A program made the translations under genes and the position numbers. This document shows positions 9,440-17,897 of a DNA stretch of 53,806 nt, piece by piece (the stretch's first letter is position 1; each line of letters begins with the position of its first letter). Below the pieces are notes generated by a model, which saw only the letters and a list, made by a program, of their open reading frames with translations, searched no databases and was not told the origin of the DNA. This stretch comes from Betaproteobacteria bacterium RIFCSPLOWO2_12_FULL_64_23 (GTDB taxonomy: Bacteria; Pseudomonadota; Gammaproteobacteria; Burkholderiales; SG8-39): assembly GCA_001770575.1 (NCBI GenBank), contig MERK01000111.1:1-53806 (forward strand), read 5' to 3'.

Positions 9440-10656
9440 TGGAACAGCTCCGAGAAAGGAAGAAATTTCACCATGTCGCCACGGCGGATCGGCTGCTTGG
9501 CCGGATTGTCGATGAAGCCGTCGCCCCACACCGCCGAAGTCAGCACCGCCGAGCTCTGGTTCACGAACAGATCGAGTCCGCCGGCTGCATTCAATTTTAC
9601 GCGCAGGAATTCGCGTCGGGAATCGGGCTTCGGCCAATCGAAATCGGCGCGCAGCGGGTAACTGAGCGGCGCTACCCGGGCGACGCCCTGGCAGCGCAGG
9701 ATGAACGGCCGCACGAAAATCAGAAAAGTCACAAAGCTCGAAACGGGGTTACCGGGCAGGCCGATGAAATGCGCTTTGTGCCCCGCGCCCGCATCGACTT
9801 GGCCGAAAGCCAGCGGCCTGCCCGGTTTGACCGCGATTTTCCACAGGCTGAGCTTGCCCTCCGCTTCGACCGCGGGCTTGATATGGTCTTCCTCGCCCAC
9901 CGACACGCCGCCCGAGGTGACGATCAGGTCGTTGCCTGCAGCGGCTTGGCGCAGCACTGCGCGCGTCGCCTGCAGCTGGTCGGGGACGATGCCGTAATCG
10001 GTGACCTCGCAACCGAGCAGTTGCAGCAGGCCGTTCAGGGTGTAGCGATTGGAGTTGTAGATGCGTCCCGGCGGCAACGGTTCGCCCGGCATCACCAGTT
10101 CGTCGCCGGTGAAAAACACCGCAACTTTCAACCGGCGATACAGCGGCAGCGCCGCAATCCCGACCGAGGCGGCAAGGCCGGTATCCTGCGGCCGTAATTT
10201 CATTCCCGCCGCAAGGATTTCGCTCCCCGCCCGGATGTCCTCGCCCGTGCGGCGCACCCATTCGCCCGGTTCGGGCCGATGCTTCACGATGACCGCGTCG
10301 CCGTCCTGCGTACAGAGCTCCTGCATCACCACCGCGTCGGCCCCGGCAGGGATCGGCGCGCCGGTGAATATGCGCGCCGCCGTGCCGCGGGCGAGCGGCT
10401 GCGGCATGCTACCTGCGGCGATGCGCTGCGACAGCGGCAGGCGCGCCTCGCCCGAGGCGCAATCCGCCGCATAGACCGCGTAACCGTCCATGGAAGTGTT
10501 GTCCACCGAAGGCACGGTGAGGGTGGAGTGTTGCGCTTGCGCCAGCACGCGGCCGCTCGCGGCGCGCGTTGAAACCTCCTCCGTCCCGGCCACGGTTGTT
10601 GCACCCTCGAGCAGAAAGGCAAGCGCCTCGTCCACCGACAGCATGCCCGGTTTCAT
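9436..10656 (-). CDS. moeA: Molybdopterin molybdenum/tungsten transferase MoeA (copy 1)
   Basis: 406 aa from the ATG at 10656 (MKPGMLSVDEALAFLL...), with MoeA motifs (SMDGYAV, TGDELV, SGGVSVGEEDH, PGNPVS). The 72-codon N-terminal extension in the track ORF would overlap mobB. Confidence 0.9.
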   Translation of the reverse strand: MKPGMLSVDEALAFLLEGATTVAGTEEVSTRAASGRVLAQAQHSTLTVPSVDNTSMDGYAVYAADCASGEARLPLSQRIAAGSMPQPLARGTAARIFTGAPIPAGADAVVMQELCTQDGDAVIVKHRPEPGEWVRRTGEDIRAGSEILAAGMKLRPQDTGLAASVGIAALPLYRRLKVAVFFTGDELVMPGEPLPPGRIYNSNRYTLNGLLQLLGCEVTDYGIVPDQLQATRAVLRQAAAGNDLIVTSGGVSVGEEDHIKPAVEAEGKLSLWKIAVKPGRPLAFGQVDAGAGHKAHFIGLPGNPVSSFVTFLIFVRPFILRCQGVARVAPLSYPLRADFDWPKPDSRREFLRVKLNAAGGLDLFVNQSSAVLTSAVWGDGFIDNPAKQPIRRGDMVKFLPFSELFQ

Positions 10657-11159
10657 CGTTTCAGCTCCAGGGTGTCGACCACAAAAGCGGTTATCGCATC
10701 GTAGTCCTCGAGGCCAAACTGCGGCAAGCGGCAGGGGACGGGCGTGTCGGTGGCCAGCGCCACGATATGCTCGTCCTCGGGATGCAGCAGCGGCTTGCCG
10801 TTGGCCTCGCGGTAAATCTCCAATTTGGGCAAGGGATAGCGCTTGTAGCCCTCGATCAACAGCAGATCGCAAGGCGACATGCGCGCGATCTGCTGCTCCA
10901 GCGTCGCCTCCGGCGCGCCGCGCATCTCGTGCATCAGCACCCAGCGCTCGCCCGAAGTGACCAGCACCTCGCTGCAGCCGGCCGTGCGGTGGCGGAAGGA
11001 ATCCTTGCCCGGCTGGTCGACGTCGAAGCGATGGTGCGCATGCTTGATCAGCGACACCTTGAGGCCGGTACGCACGAAGCGCGGAATCACCTGCTCGATC
11101 AGCGTGGTCTTGCCGCTACCGGACCAGCCGGCAAAGCCGAAAATTTTCATCGCAGGCAA
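10653..11159 (-). CDS. mobB: Molybdopterin-guanine dinucleotide biosynthesis adapter MobB
   Basis: 168 aa with P-loop GWSGSGKTTL and the MobB pattern (IKHAHH.FD.D.PGKDS). ATGA overlap with moeA. Confidence 0.88.
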   Translation of the reverse strand: MPAMKIFGFAGWSGSGKTTLIEQVIPRFVRTGLKVSLIKHAHHRFDVDQPGKDSFRHRTAGCSEVLVTSGERWVLMHEMRGAPEATLEQQIARMSPCDLLLIEGYKRYPLPKLEIYREANGKPLLHPEDEHIVALATDTPVPCRLPQFGLEDYDAITAFVVDTLELKR

Positions 11160-11210
11160 TGCGCTCCAGCCTCCCCGGAACCGCGGTCGGCACTATTGAT
11201 TGAACCGCGC

Positions 11211-11240
11211 ATTTTAGCAGCTTCTTCGGCCCGTTCTGAA
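11211..11240 (-). promoter_or_regulatory. Candidate sigma70 promoter for mobB-moeA-moaDE
   Basis: The minus strand reads TTCAGA (11240..11235), an 18 nt spacer, then TAAAAT (11216..11211), about 50 nt upstream of the mobB ATG. Based on sequence pattern only. Confidence 0.3.
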
Positions 11241-11290
11241 CTATACGTGGCGACTCAAATCGCGCGCCCCGTTGTTGCAGAGTTGCGACT

Positions 11291-11580
11291 TTGCGCGGAC
11301 GAAAAAGCCCGTCCGCACGCAATCGGCGATCTTGTATCAAAGCGAACTTAAACCGTTTTGGGTGTTAACCATAACCGTATTTTCCGTACGGATGCGCTTT
11401 TCATCCGTACGGAAAATACGGTTGGCGCGCGCAGCGCGCAATGGCTGCTCCTCGGCAACCCCTGAATATAGCTGGGTAGTTCGAACTGCCGCGTCCCCCT
11501 TGCGCGGACGGCGACCCGTCCGCGCGGATCGCCGATTGCGTGCGGATGAAAAGCACATCCGCACGCAATCGCCGATCTTG
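11291..11580. repeat. Composite multi-hairpin intergenic repeat, copy A (~290 bp)
   Basis: Bounded by direct copies of AATCG(G/C)CGATCTTG (11321..11334 and 11567..11580). Contains a perfect 22-bp-arm hairpin (11373..11394 / 11402..11423), a GC hairpin (GCGCGGACGG-cgac-CCGTCCGCGC) and a ~22-bp-arm terminal hairpin (11527..11577). Homologous to 51677..51936. Confidence 0.85.
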
Positions 11581-11682
11581 TTAAAAGCCCCTAAGCAGCA
11601 TTCAGTGTCAGCCATAGCGAGGGCATTCAAGACGCCCAACGGAAGTCCTCTTGGAGGACACCGTATATGGAACGAACAGGCC

Positions 11683-12324
11683 CTAAGCCTCATCCAGCTT
11701 GCCGTTTTCCAGATGGAAACGCCGCGTGCCCGGTAACTCGATCAATTCGCGGTCGTGGCAGGCGATGAGCAAGCTGCCGTTGTCCTGCACCAGTTGCCGG
11801 ATCAGGGCGATCGCCTGGGCGCGCGCCTCGCCGTCGAGGTTGGCGGTCGGCTCGTCGAGCAGGAACAAGTGCGGCTTGAGCACCTTGGCGCGCGCCAGGG
11901 CCACACGCTGCTTCTCGCCGCCGGAGAGCTTGGCCGGCGGCACGCCGCGCAAGTGGTCCACGCCGGCCCAGGCAATGGCCTGCGCCGCCAGGCGCCTGCG
12001 CTCGACGCCGGCAATCCCGCGCGCCGCCAGCCCATAGCCGATGTTGTGCGCAACCGTCGAATGAAACAGATAGGGATGCTGGTGCACATACACGATGTCG
12101 TGGCGCACGTCCTCCGGCAGCCTGCCGTGGATCAGCGGCACGCCGCGGAACTCGAAACCCGCAATCTCGCCCGGCTCGAGTCCGGCCAGAATGCGCAGCA
12201 GCGTGGTCTTGCCCGAGCCGTTATCGCCGGTAATGACATACGCCTCGCCCGCGCCAACGGCGAACGGACCGAGGTCGAGCAACTTTCGCCCGCCGAAAGA
12301 CTTGCGCAGATGCCGGAACGACAT
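11683..12324 (-). CDS. tupC: Tungstate ABC transporter ATP-binding protein (TupC-like)
   Basis: 213 aa from the ATG at 12324, with Walker A GDNGSGKTTL, signature LSGGEKQRVALA and Walker B LFLLDEPTANLD. Downstream of the tupB-like permease. Confidence 0.8.
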   Translation of the reverse strand: MSFRHLRKSFGGRKLLDLGPFAVGAGEAYVITGDNGSGKTTLLRILAGLEPGEIAGFEFRGVPLIHGRLPEDVRHDIVYVHQHPYLFHSTVAHNIGYGLAARGIAGVERRRLAAQAIAWAGVDHLRGVPPAKLSGGEKQRVALARAKVLKPHLFLLDEPTANLDGEARAQAIALIRQLVQDNGSLLIACHDRELIELPGTRRFHLENGKLDEA

Positions 12325-12332
12325 CAGAACGC

Positions 12333-13028
12333 TCACTTGAGCCCGCCCCTGCCTTGCAGCAGGCCCAGGGTGATGCTGATGCCGAGGGCGAACAACATCA
12401 GCACCACACCCAGGGCGATGCCTTGCGCGAAATCGCCCTTGCTCGTCTCGAGCGCGATGGCCGTCGGAATATTGCGCGTGACCCCCGCGATATTGCCGCC
12501 CACCATCATGGCGCAGCCGACTTCGGAAATCACCCGGCCGAAACCGTTGAATACGCCCGCCACCACGGCGAAGCGCACTTCCAGCAGCGTCGTCAGCGCG
12601 GCGCGCAGGGGCGAGGCGCCCAGGCTCACCGCGGTCTCGTGCGCGCGCGGATCGGCGCCCTGCACCGCCGCCAGCGCGAACGCGGCCAATACCGGGAACG
12701 CAATCACCGCCTGGCCCATGATCATCGCTTCCTGCGTGAACAGCAATTGCCAGGAACCCAGCGGTCCCTGGCGCGTGAGCAGGATGTACAGGATCAGCCC
12801 GACCACTACCGTGGGGAACGACAGCAGCCCCTGGATCAGAACGACGAGTATGCGCCGGCCGAAAAAGCGTTTCTGCGCCAAAGCATAGCCGAGAATGACC
12901 GCGGGGGGCGTGGCCAGGGCAAGCGCGGTGAGCGATACGCGTAAGGAGATCCAGATGATGGTCCAAAGCTCGGCGTCGCCGGAGAACAGCAGAGCAAATG
13001 CCTGACGCGTCGACGCGAGGATATCCAT
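12333..13028 (-). CDS. tupB: Tungstate ABC transporter permease (TupB-like)
   Basis: 231 aa from the ATG at 13028 (MDILASTRQAFALLF...). Five to six TM segments of the BPD permease type, located between the binding proteins and the ATPase. Confidence 0.8.
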   Translation of the reverse strand: MDILASTRQAFALLFSGDAELWTIIWISLRVSLTALALATPPAVILGYALAQKRFFGRRILVVLIQGLLSFPTVVVGLILYILLTRQGPLGSWQLLFTQEAMIMGQAVIAFPVLAAFALAAVQGADPRAHETAVSLGASPLRAALTTLLEVRFAVVAGVFNGFGRVISEVGCAMMVGGNIAGVTRNIPTAIALETSKGDFAQGIALGVVLMLFALGISITLGLLQGRGGLK

Positions 13029-13035
13029 CCGGGAT

Positions 13036-13854
13036 CTAGCGCGCCTTTGCCGGCGCGAAAAAAACCTGCTGCCCGCCGATGCGGAAACCGGCAATCAGCC
13101 GTTGCGCTTCAGCCGAAGTCAGCCAGGAGACGAACCTGGCGGCGGCATCGGCATTGATTCCGGGAAACCGGGCCGGGTTCACTGCGACGACGCCGTATTC
13201 GTTGTACAGCCGCGCATCGCCTGCGGCCAGAAGTTCCAGGCCGGTCCTCGCGCGAAAAGCGGCAAACGTCGCGCGGTCGGAGAGCGTGTACGCCTGCATC
13301 TCGCCTGCCATCATCAGTACCCTGCCCATGCCTACGCCCGCCGACATATAGCCCGCCCATCTGGGTTCCAGCCCGGCGGCGCGCCACAGCTCCCGCTCTT
13401 TGACATGCGTCCCGGACGCGTCGCCGCGCGATATGAAGCGCGCCTTGGCAGCACGGATCCTGCGCATGACCTCGACTGCGTCCTGAAGACCGCGGATCCG
13501 GGCCGGATCCTGCGGCGGGCCGGCAATGAGAAAATCGTTGAAGGCAACGGCATGGCGCTTCAGCCCCGCGCCGGAGGCCACCAGTTGTTCTTCTTGCGCC
13601 TTGACATGCGACATGACCGCGTCCACGTCGCCGTTCGCGGCCAACCTGATCACCTGCCCGGTGCCGCCTATGGCCAGCCGGACCTTGACGCCCGAGGCCG
13701 CTTCAAACGCGGGAATGAGCGTCGCGAGCAGGCCCGAATCCTCCAGCGTATGCGTCGCCGCCAGTTTGAATTCGGCCGCCGCCAGCGGCAGTGCCGGCAA
13801 CGCCAGACCGAGCGCAGCGACGATGCGGCAAAAGCTGGCCAGTTTGGATCGCAC
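13036..13854 (-). CDS. TupA-family periplasmic oxyanion-binding protein, divergent paralog (start assigned to GTG 13854)
   Basis: Signal peptide (VRSKLASFCRIVAALGLALPALPLAAA), then FKLAATHTLEDSGLL... and the conserved FISRGDASGTH. Alignable along its full length with the upstream TupA. The track start (TTG 13917) lies inside that upstream gene. Confidence 0.8.
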   Translation of the reverse strand: MRSKLASFCRIVAALGLALPALPLAAAEFKLAATHTLEDSGLLATLIPAFEAASGVKVRLAIGGTGQVIRLAANGDVDAVMSHVKAQEEQLVASGAGLKRHAVAFNDFLIAGPPQDPARIRGLQDAVEVMRRIRAAKARFISRGDASGTHVKERELWRAAGLEPRWAGYMSAGVGMGRVLMMAGEMQAYTLSDRATFAAFRARTGLELLAAGDARLYNEYGVVAVNPARFPGINADAAARFVSWLTSAEAQRLIAGFRIGGQQVFFAPAKAR

Positions 13855-13861
13855 GCTCGCC

Positions 13862-14671
13862 CTATTTTCCTGCGTTGGGGAAGAACATTTGTGCGCCTTC
13901 CACCTTGAAATCAGCAATGAGCTGTTGGCCTTCGGCGGAAGTAATCCACTCGATCAATGTCATCGCGCCCCGATAGTTCACCCCCGGATACTTCTTCGGG
14001 TTGACGGCGATAATACCGTAAGGGTTATACAGCCGCGGGTCTCCTTCGACCAGGATTTCCAGCCCGGTGCGACTGCGATAGGCGGCGTAGGTGGCGCGGT
14101 CAGTCAGTGTGTAGGCGCGCAGGCTCGCGCTCATGGTCAGCACCTCGCCCATGCCCTGCCCCGCCGACAGATAGGCCGGCCCGCCGGGTTCGGCATGCGC
14201 CAGCTTCCAGTAAGACCGCTCCATCTTGTGCGTACCCGAGTCATCGCCGCGCGAAACGAAGCGCGCGCCCGGCTGCTTCAGCTTGCGCATCGCTGCGACC
14301 ACGTCTTTCATGCCGCGGATGCCGGCTGGATCGTCCCCGGGACCGACAACGACGAAATCGTTGTACATGACGTCGCGCCGGTTCACGCCATGGCCCGCGG
14401 CCACGAAAGCGGCCTCAGCCGCCCGTGCGTGCACCAGGGTCACGTCCACGTCGCCGTTCTCCGCGAGTTTGAGCGCCTTGCCCGTGCCCACCGGGATCAC
14501 CTGCAGTCTGACGCCGTATTTCTTCTCGAACGCAGGCAGAATGGCCCGCAGCAATCCGGAATTGTCGGTGCTGGTAGTAGTGGACATGCGGATGTCGCCT
14601 GGATCCGCCCCGGCGCCAGAGGCGAGGCCGAGCGCGAATCCCAGTACGGCCCCGGATAATAGCGACTTCAT
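13862..14671 (-). CDS. tupA: Periplasmic tungstate-binding protein TupA
   Basis: 269 aa with a signal peptide, the canonical TupA anion-binding motif STTTSTDNSGLL and the SRGDDSGTH motif. First gene of the tup operon. Confidence 0.85.
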   Translation of the reverse strand: MKSLLSGAVLGFALGLASGAGADPGDIRMSTTTSTDNSGLLRAILPAFEKKYGVRLQVIPVGTGKALKLAENGDVDVTLVHARAAEAAFVAAGHGVNRRDVMYNDFVVVGPGDDPAGIRGMKDVVAAMRKLKQPGARFVSRGDDSGTHKMERSYWKLAHAEPGGPAYLSAGQGMGEVLTMSASLRAYTLTDRATYAAYRSRTGLEILVEGDPRLYNPYGIIAVNPKKYPGVNYRGAMTLIEWITSAEGQQLIADFKVEGAQMFFPNAGK

Positions 14672-14790
14672 CCCGCCCCCTGTCCTTCTGATTGATCCGA
14701 AACCATCGTTTATGTTATTTATTGCATATTTGTTTCTTTTTCATTATCACCTATTGCCACATCGGTGAGAATAGGCTATTTTTTGCATAA
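14672..14790. promoter_or_regulatory. AT-rich divergent control region between tupA and its regulator
   Basis: Markedly AT-rich compared with its flanks. TTGCATA occurs twice (14722..14728, 14783..14789). A 6-bp inverted repeat CCTATT-N14-AATAGG lies at 14750..14775. No exact ModE operator consensus was recognised. Confidence 0.45.
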
Positions 14791-15873
14791 ATGGTCAAGC
14801 TCGTCCCAGCGATCCAATGGCACATGCCGGGCGTCGACGGCGCCGCGCTCGACGCGCGGCTGCTGCCGCTGCTGGCCGCCATCGACGGCGGCGCCAACCT
14901 CGCCGCCGCGGTGGCGCAAGTTGGTCTGTCCTATCGCCATGGCTGGGGCCTGTTGCACGCGCAGGCGGCACTGCTCGGCGCGCCGCTGGTCGATATGCAG
15001 CGCGGCAAAGGCGTCAGCTTGACGGCGGCGGGAAAGCAACTGCTGCAGCTGACCGCCGGCGCCGAGCAGCGGCTGCTGCGCAAAGCGGCGGCGATCGAGA
15101 TCGCGCCCCTGCCGCCTGCGGCAGCGCAACCGTCGCGGCTCGTCATGCATGCCAGCCACGACCTGGCGTTGATCGAGTTGCGCGAGCGCATCGCCCCCGC
15201 GTTCGGCCTGGAACTGAATCTCGAGTTCAAGGGCAGTCTGGAAGCACTGGCCTCGTTTGCCGCCGGCCACGCCGATCTGGCCGGCTTCCACATCCCGCTC
15301 GGAGCGCACCCGGGCGCGCTGGCGCCTTATCAGCGCTGGCTCAAGCCGCGGCAGCATCGTCTGATCGGATTCATCGAGCGCGAGCAGGGCCTGATGCTGC
15401 CGCCGGGCAACCCGGCGAAAGTGCGCGATCTGCGCGACCTGGCCGCCAAGCGCTTGCGCGTCATCAACCGCCAGCGCGGCTCCGGCACGCGGCTGCTGTT
15501 CGACCAGTTGCTGCAGGAATCAGACATCGACGGCCAATCCCTGCGCGGCTATTCCGACGAGGAATTCACGCATCTGGCCGTCGCGGCCACTGTCGCCGCA
15601 GGCAAGGCCGATGCCGGATTCGGCGTCAAAGCGGCCGCCCTGCAGCACGGGCTCGACTTCAAGTCGCTGGAGTGGGAGCGCTATCTGCTCGCCTGCCGCA
15701 GCGAAGCGGCGGACCAGGCCGCGGTACGGCTCCTGCGCCAGGCCATCGCGAGCCGGCCAATGCTGCAGGTGCTGCAAGGCCTGCCAGGCTACGCCGCCGC
15801 AAATACTGGCAGCCTGCTAGGTTTTGCCCGCGCCTTTGCGCTTGGCCGCGCTCACGCCAAGAAGAAGGCCTGA
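14791..15873 (+). CDS. ModE-type HTH regulator fused to a periplasmic-binding-protein-like oxyanion-sensing domain (TunR-like architecture)
   Basis: The N-terminus matches the ModE/LysR-type HTH (LDARLLPLLAAIDGGANLAAAVAQVGLSYRHGWGLLHAQAALLGAPLV). The C-terminal ~230 aa is a PBP-type domain, with no TOBE/Mop domains. Divergent from tupA. The start could be the internal Met 11 codons downstream. Confidence 0.75.
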   Translation: MVKLVPAIQWHMPGVDGAALDARLLPLLAAIDGGANLAAAVAQVGLSYRHGWGLLHAQAALLGAPLVDMQRGKGVSLTAAGKQLLQLTAGAEQRLLRKAAAIEIAPLPPAAAQPSRLVMHASHDLALIELRERIAPAFGLELNLEFKGSLEALASFAAGHADLAGFHIPLGAHPGALAPYQRWLKPRQHRLIGFIEREQGLMLPPGNPAKVRDLRDLAAKRLRVINRQRGSGTRLLFDQLLQESDIDGQSLRGYSDEEFTHLAVAATVAAGKADAGFGVKAAALQHGLDFKSLEWERYLLACRSEAADQAAVRLLRQAIASRPMLQVLQGLPGYAAANTGSLLGFARAFALGRAHAKKKA

Positions 15874-16018
15874 GCCGCGCCCGCCGCGCCCGCCACCGCG
15901 CCCGCCGTCATTGCGCGCTCCCGCAGGAGGCTGTATATTTCCCGCACCGGGAAATGCAGACTCCCGGTCAGACGGTGTCCCGTCCAAGTTCTGCGACTCT
16001 CTTCGCGCGAGGATCATC

Positions 16019-16534
16019 GTGGACACCGTTATTTCCAGCGTTTCAATTTCGCAGCTTCTGCAGCATACGCACTCCAAGTGGGTCACGCGCGAGCGCCCCA
16101 AGATCGATCGCATCGCCTGTCCCTGGCTGATCAGGCGTTTCATCGACCCGGGTGCGGAATTCCTGTACGTGCCCTCAGCTGACGTTCTCACAATTGCAAA
16201 GGCCGAGCAGGCCATCCCGTATGACGTGCCGGATGTGCAGTTTTCGCACCGCGGCGAATACTGCAGCTTTGACGCATTCATTGCGGACTTCGGGCTCCGG
16301 GATCCCGCGCTCGCCGATCTCGCGCTGATCGTGCGCCGCGCCGACACCGGCAAACCCGAACTGACACCGCAATCGCCTGGCCTGCTCGCAGTCTCGCTCG
16401 GGCTCTCGGTCAACTACCCCGATGACCATGCCATGCTCGATCACGGGATGGTCGTGTACGATGCCCTCTACGCTTGGATCCGCTCGACGCGCGCGGAGGT
16501 TCATAGCGCCGACCTGTCCAAGAAGCAACCATGA
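16019..16534 (+). CDS. Chromate-resistance ChrB-domain protein (short form)
   Basis: 171 aa from GTG 16019, preceded by GAGGA. Carries the conserved RPKIDRIACPWLIRRFIDPGAEFLYV motif of the Chrome_Resist/ChrB C-terminal domain. ATGA overlap with chrA. Confidence 0.7.
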   Translation: MDTVISSVSISQLLQHTHSKWVTRERPKIDRIACPWLIRRFIDPGAEFLYVPSADVLTIAKAEQAIPYDVPDVQFSHRGEYCSFDAFIADFGLRDPALADLALIVRRADTGKPELTPQSPGLLAVSLGLSVNYPDDHAMLDHGMVVYDALYAWIRSTRAEVHSADLSKKQP

Positions 16535-17877
16535 CCCAGGACAAGCAGCAAACCCCCGCACCGGTGAGCCTTGGGGAAGCATTCTGGTACTGGCTCAAGC
16601 TCGGCTTCGTCAGTTTCGGCGGACCGACCGGACAAATCGCGATGATGCACCAGGATCTGGTGGAGCGGCGGCGCTGGATCTCGGAGAAGCGCTTCCTGCA
16701 TGCGCTCAACTACTGCATGCTGCTGCCCGGGCCGGAGGCCACGCAGCTCGCCACCTATATCGGCTGGATGATGCACCGCACTTGGGGCGGCCTCATCGCC
16801 GGGGTGCTGTTCGTGCTGCCCTCGATGTTCATCCTGATGGCGCTGACGTGGGTGTACCTGGTCTACGGCAACGTGCCGCTGGTGGCGGGCATACTCTACG
16901 GCATCAAGCCTGCGGTCACCGCCATCGTGGTATTCGCCGCCTACCGCATCGGCTCGCGCGCGCTCAAGAACAGCGTGCTGTGGGCGATCAGCGCCGCCGC
17001 CTTTATCGCCATTTTCGCTCTCAAGCTCCCTTTCCCCTACATCGTGCTGGCGGCAGGCATCATCGGCGCCCTGGGCGGGCGCCTCGCGCCGGGGAAATTC
17101 GCCACCGGCGGGGGACACGGCGCAGGCGGCAAGAGTTATGGCGCGGCGATTATCGACGACGAGACGCCTACGCCCGCGCATGCGCGCTTCGCCTGGCAGC
17201 GCTTCATCGGCTTTTCCGTCGCCGGGCTCGCGCTCTGGGCCGGCGCGATGGCCTGGCTCGGCGCCGCGTACGGCTGGGACGGAACGCTGACCCGGATCGG
17301 ATGGTTTTTCACCAAGGCCGCGCTGCTGACTTTCGGCGGGGCCTATGCGGTACTGCCCTACGTCTACCAGGGCGGCGTGGAGACCTACGGCTGGCTCACG
17401 CCGACGCAGATGATAGACGGCCTCGCGCTGGGCGAGACCACCCCCGGTCCGCTGATCATGATCGTGACCTTTGTCGGCTTCGTCGGCGGCTGGACCAAGC
17501 AGATCTTCGGGCCGGATGCGCTATCCCCGCTATGGGCCGGCATAGCCGGCGGTAGCGTGGCCACTTTTTTCACTTTTCTGCCTTCGTACCTATTCGTACT
17601 CATCGGCGGGCCGCTGGTCGAAGCCACGCACGGCGACCTCAAGTTCACCGCCCCGCTCACCGGTATCACCGCGGCGGTAGTCGGAGTGATCCTCAACCTT
17701 GCCGTGTTCTTCGCTTGGCATGTGCTGTGGCCGGCCGGTTTCGGTGGCAGCTTCCAGTGGTTCGCCGCGCTCGTTGGCTTGGTCGCGTTCATCGCCTTGT
17801 TCAAGTACAAAGCCGGTATCATCCCGCTGATCCTGGCTTGCGGCGCAGCGGGATTCGCTTACACTTCACTGTTTTGA
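16531..17877 (+). CDS. chrA: Chromate ion transporter ChrA (long, two-CHR-domain form)
   Basis: 448 aa polytopic membrane protein. The N-terminal FGGPTGQIAMMH and the second-half FGGAYAVLPYV motifs are typical of the CHR family. Confidence 0.88.
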   Translation: MTQDKQQTPAPVSLGEAFWYWLKLGFVSFGGPTGQIAMMHQDLVERRRWISEKRFLHALNYCMLLPGPEATQLATYIGWMMHRTWGGLIAGVLFVLPSMFILMALTWVYLVYGNVPLVAGILYGIKPAVTAIVVFAAYRIGSRALKNSVLWAISAAAFIAIFALKLPFPYIVLAAGIIGALGGRLAPGKFATGGGHGAGGKSYGAAIIDDETPTPAHARFAWQRFIGFSVAGLALWAGAMAWLGAAYGWDGTLTRIGWFFTKAALLTFGGAYAVLPYVYQGGVETYGWLTPTQMIDGLALGETTPGPLIMIVTFVGFVGGWTKQIFGPDALSPLWAGIAGGSVATFFTFLPSYLFVLIGGPLVEATHGDLKFTAPLTGITAAVVGVILNLAVFFAWHVLWPAGFGGSFQWFAALVGLVAFIALFKYKAGIIPLILACGAAGFAYTSLF

Positions 17878-17897
17878 CAGCATTGACAGGAGAAAAA

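Noticed and set aside
11272-11736. ORFs spanning the structured repeats (11272..11736, 11337..11693, 51635..51976, 51656..51982, 51663..51974, 51688..52251) that show some peptide similarity between the two loci.
   Set aside because: The similarity follows from nucleotide homology of the repeats. Substitutions are compensatory across hairpin arms rather than synonymous, ORFs are open on both strands, and the composition is non-protein-like.
15876-15906. Tandem GC-rich motif CGCGCCCGC x3 just after the regulator stop (CRISPR or VNTR-like?).
   Set aside because: There are only three short, irregularly spaced copies (9- and 12-nt period) with no spacers or leader. This is low-complexity GC-rich sequence.
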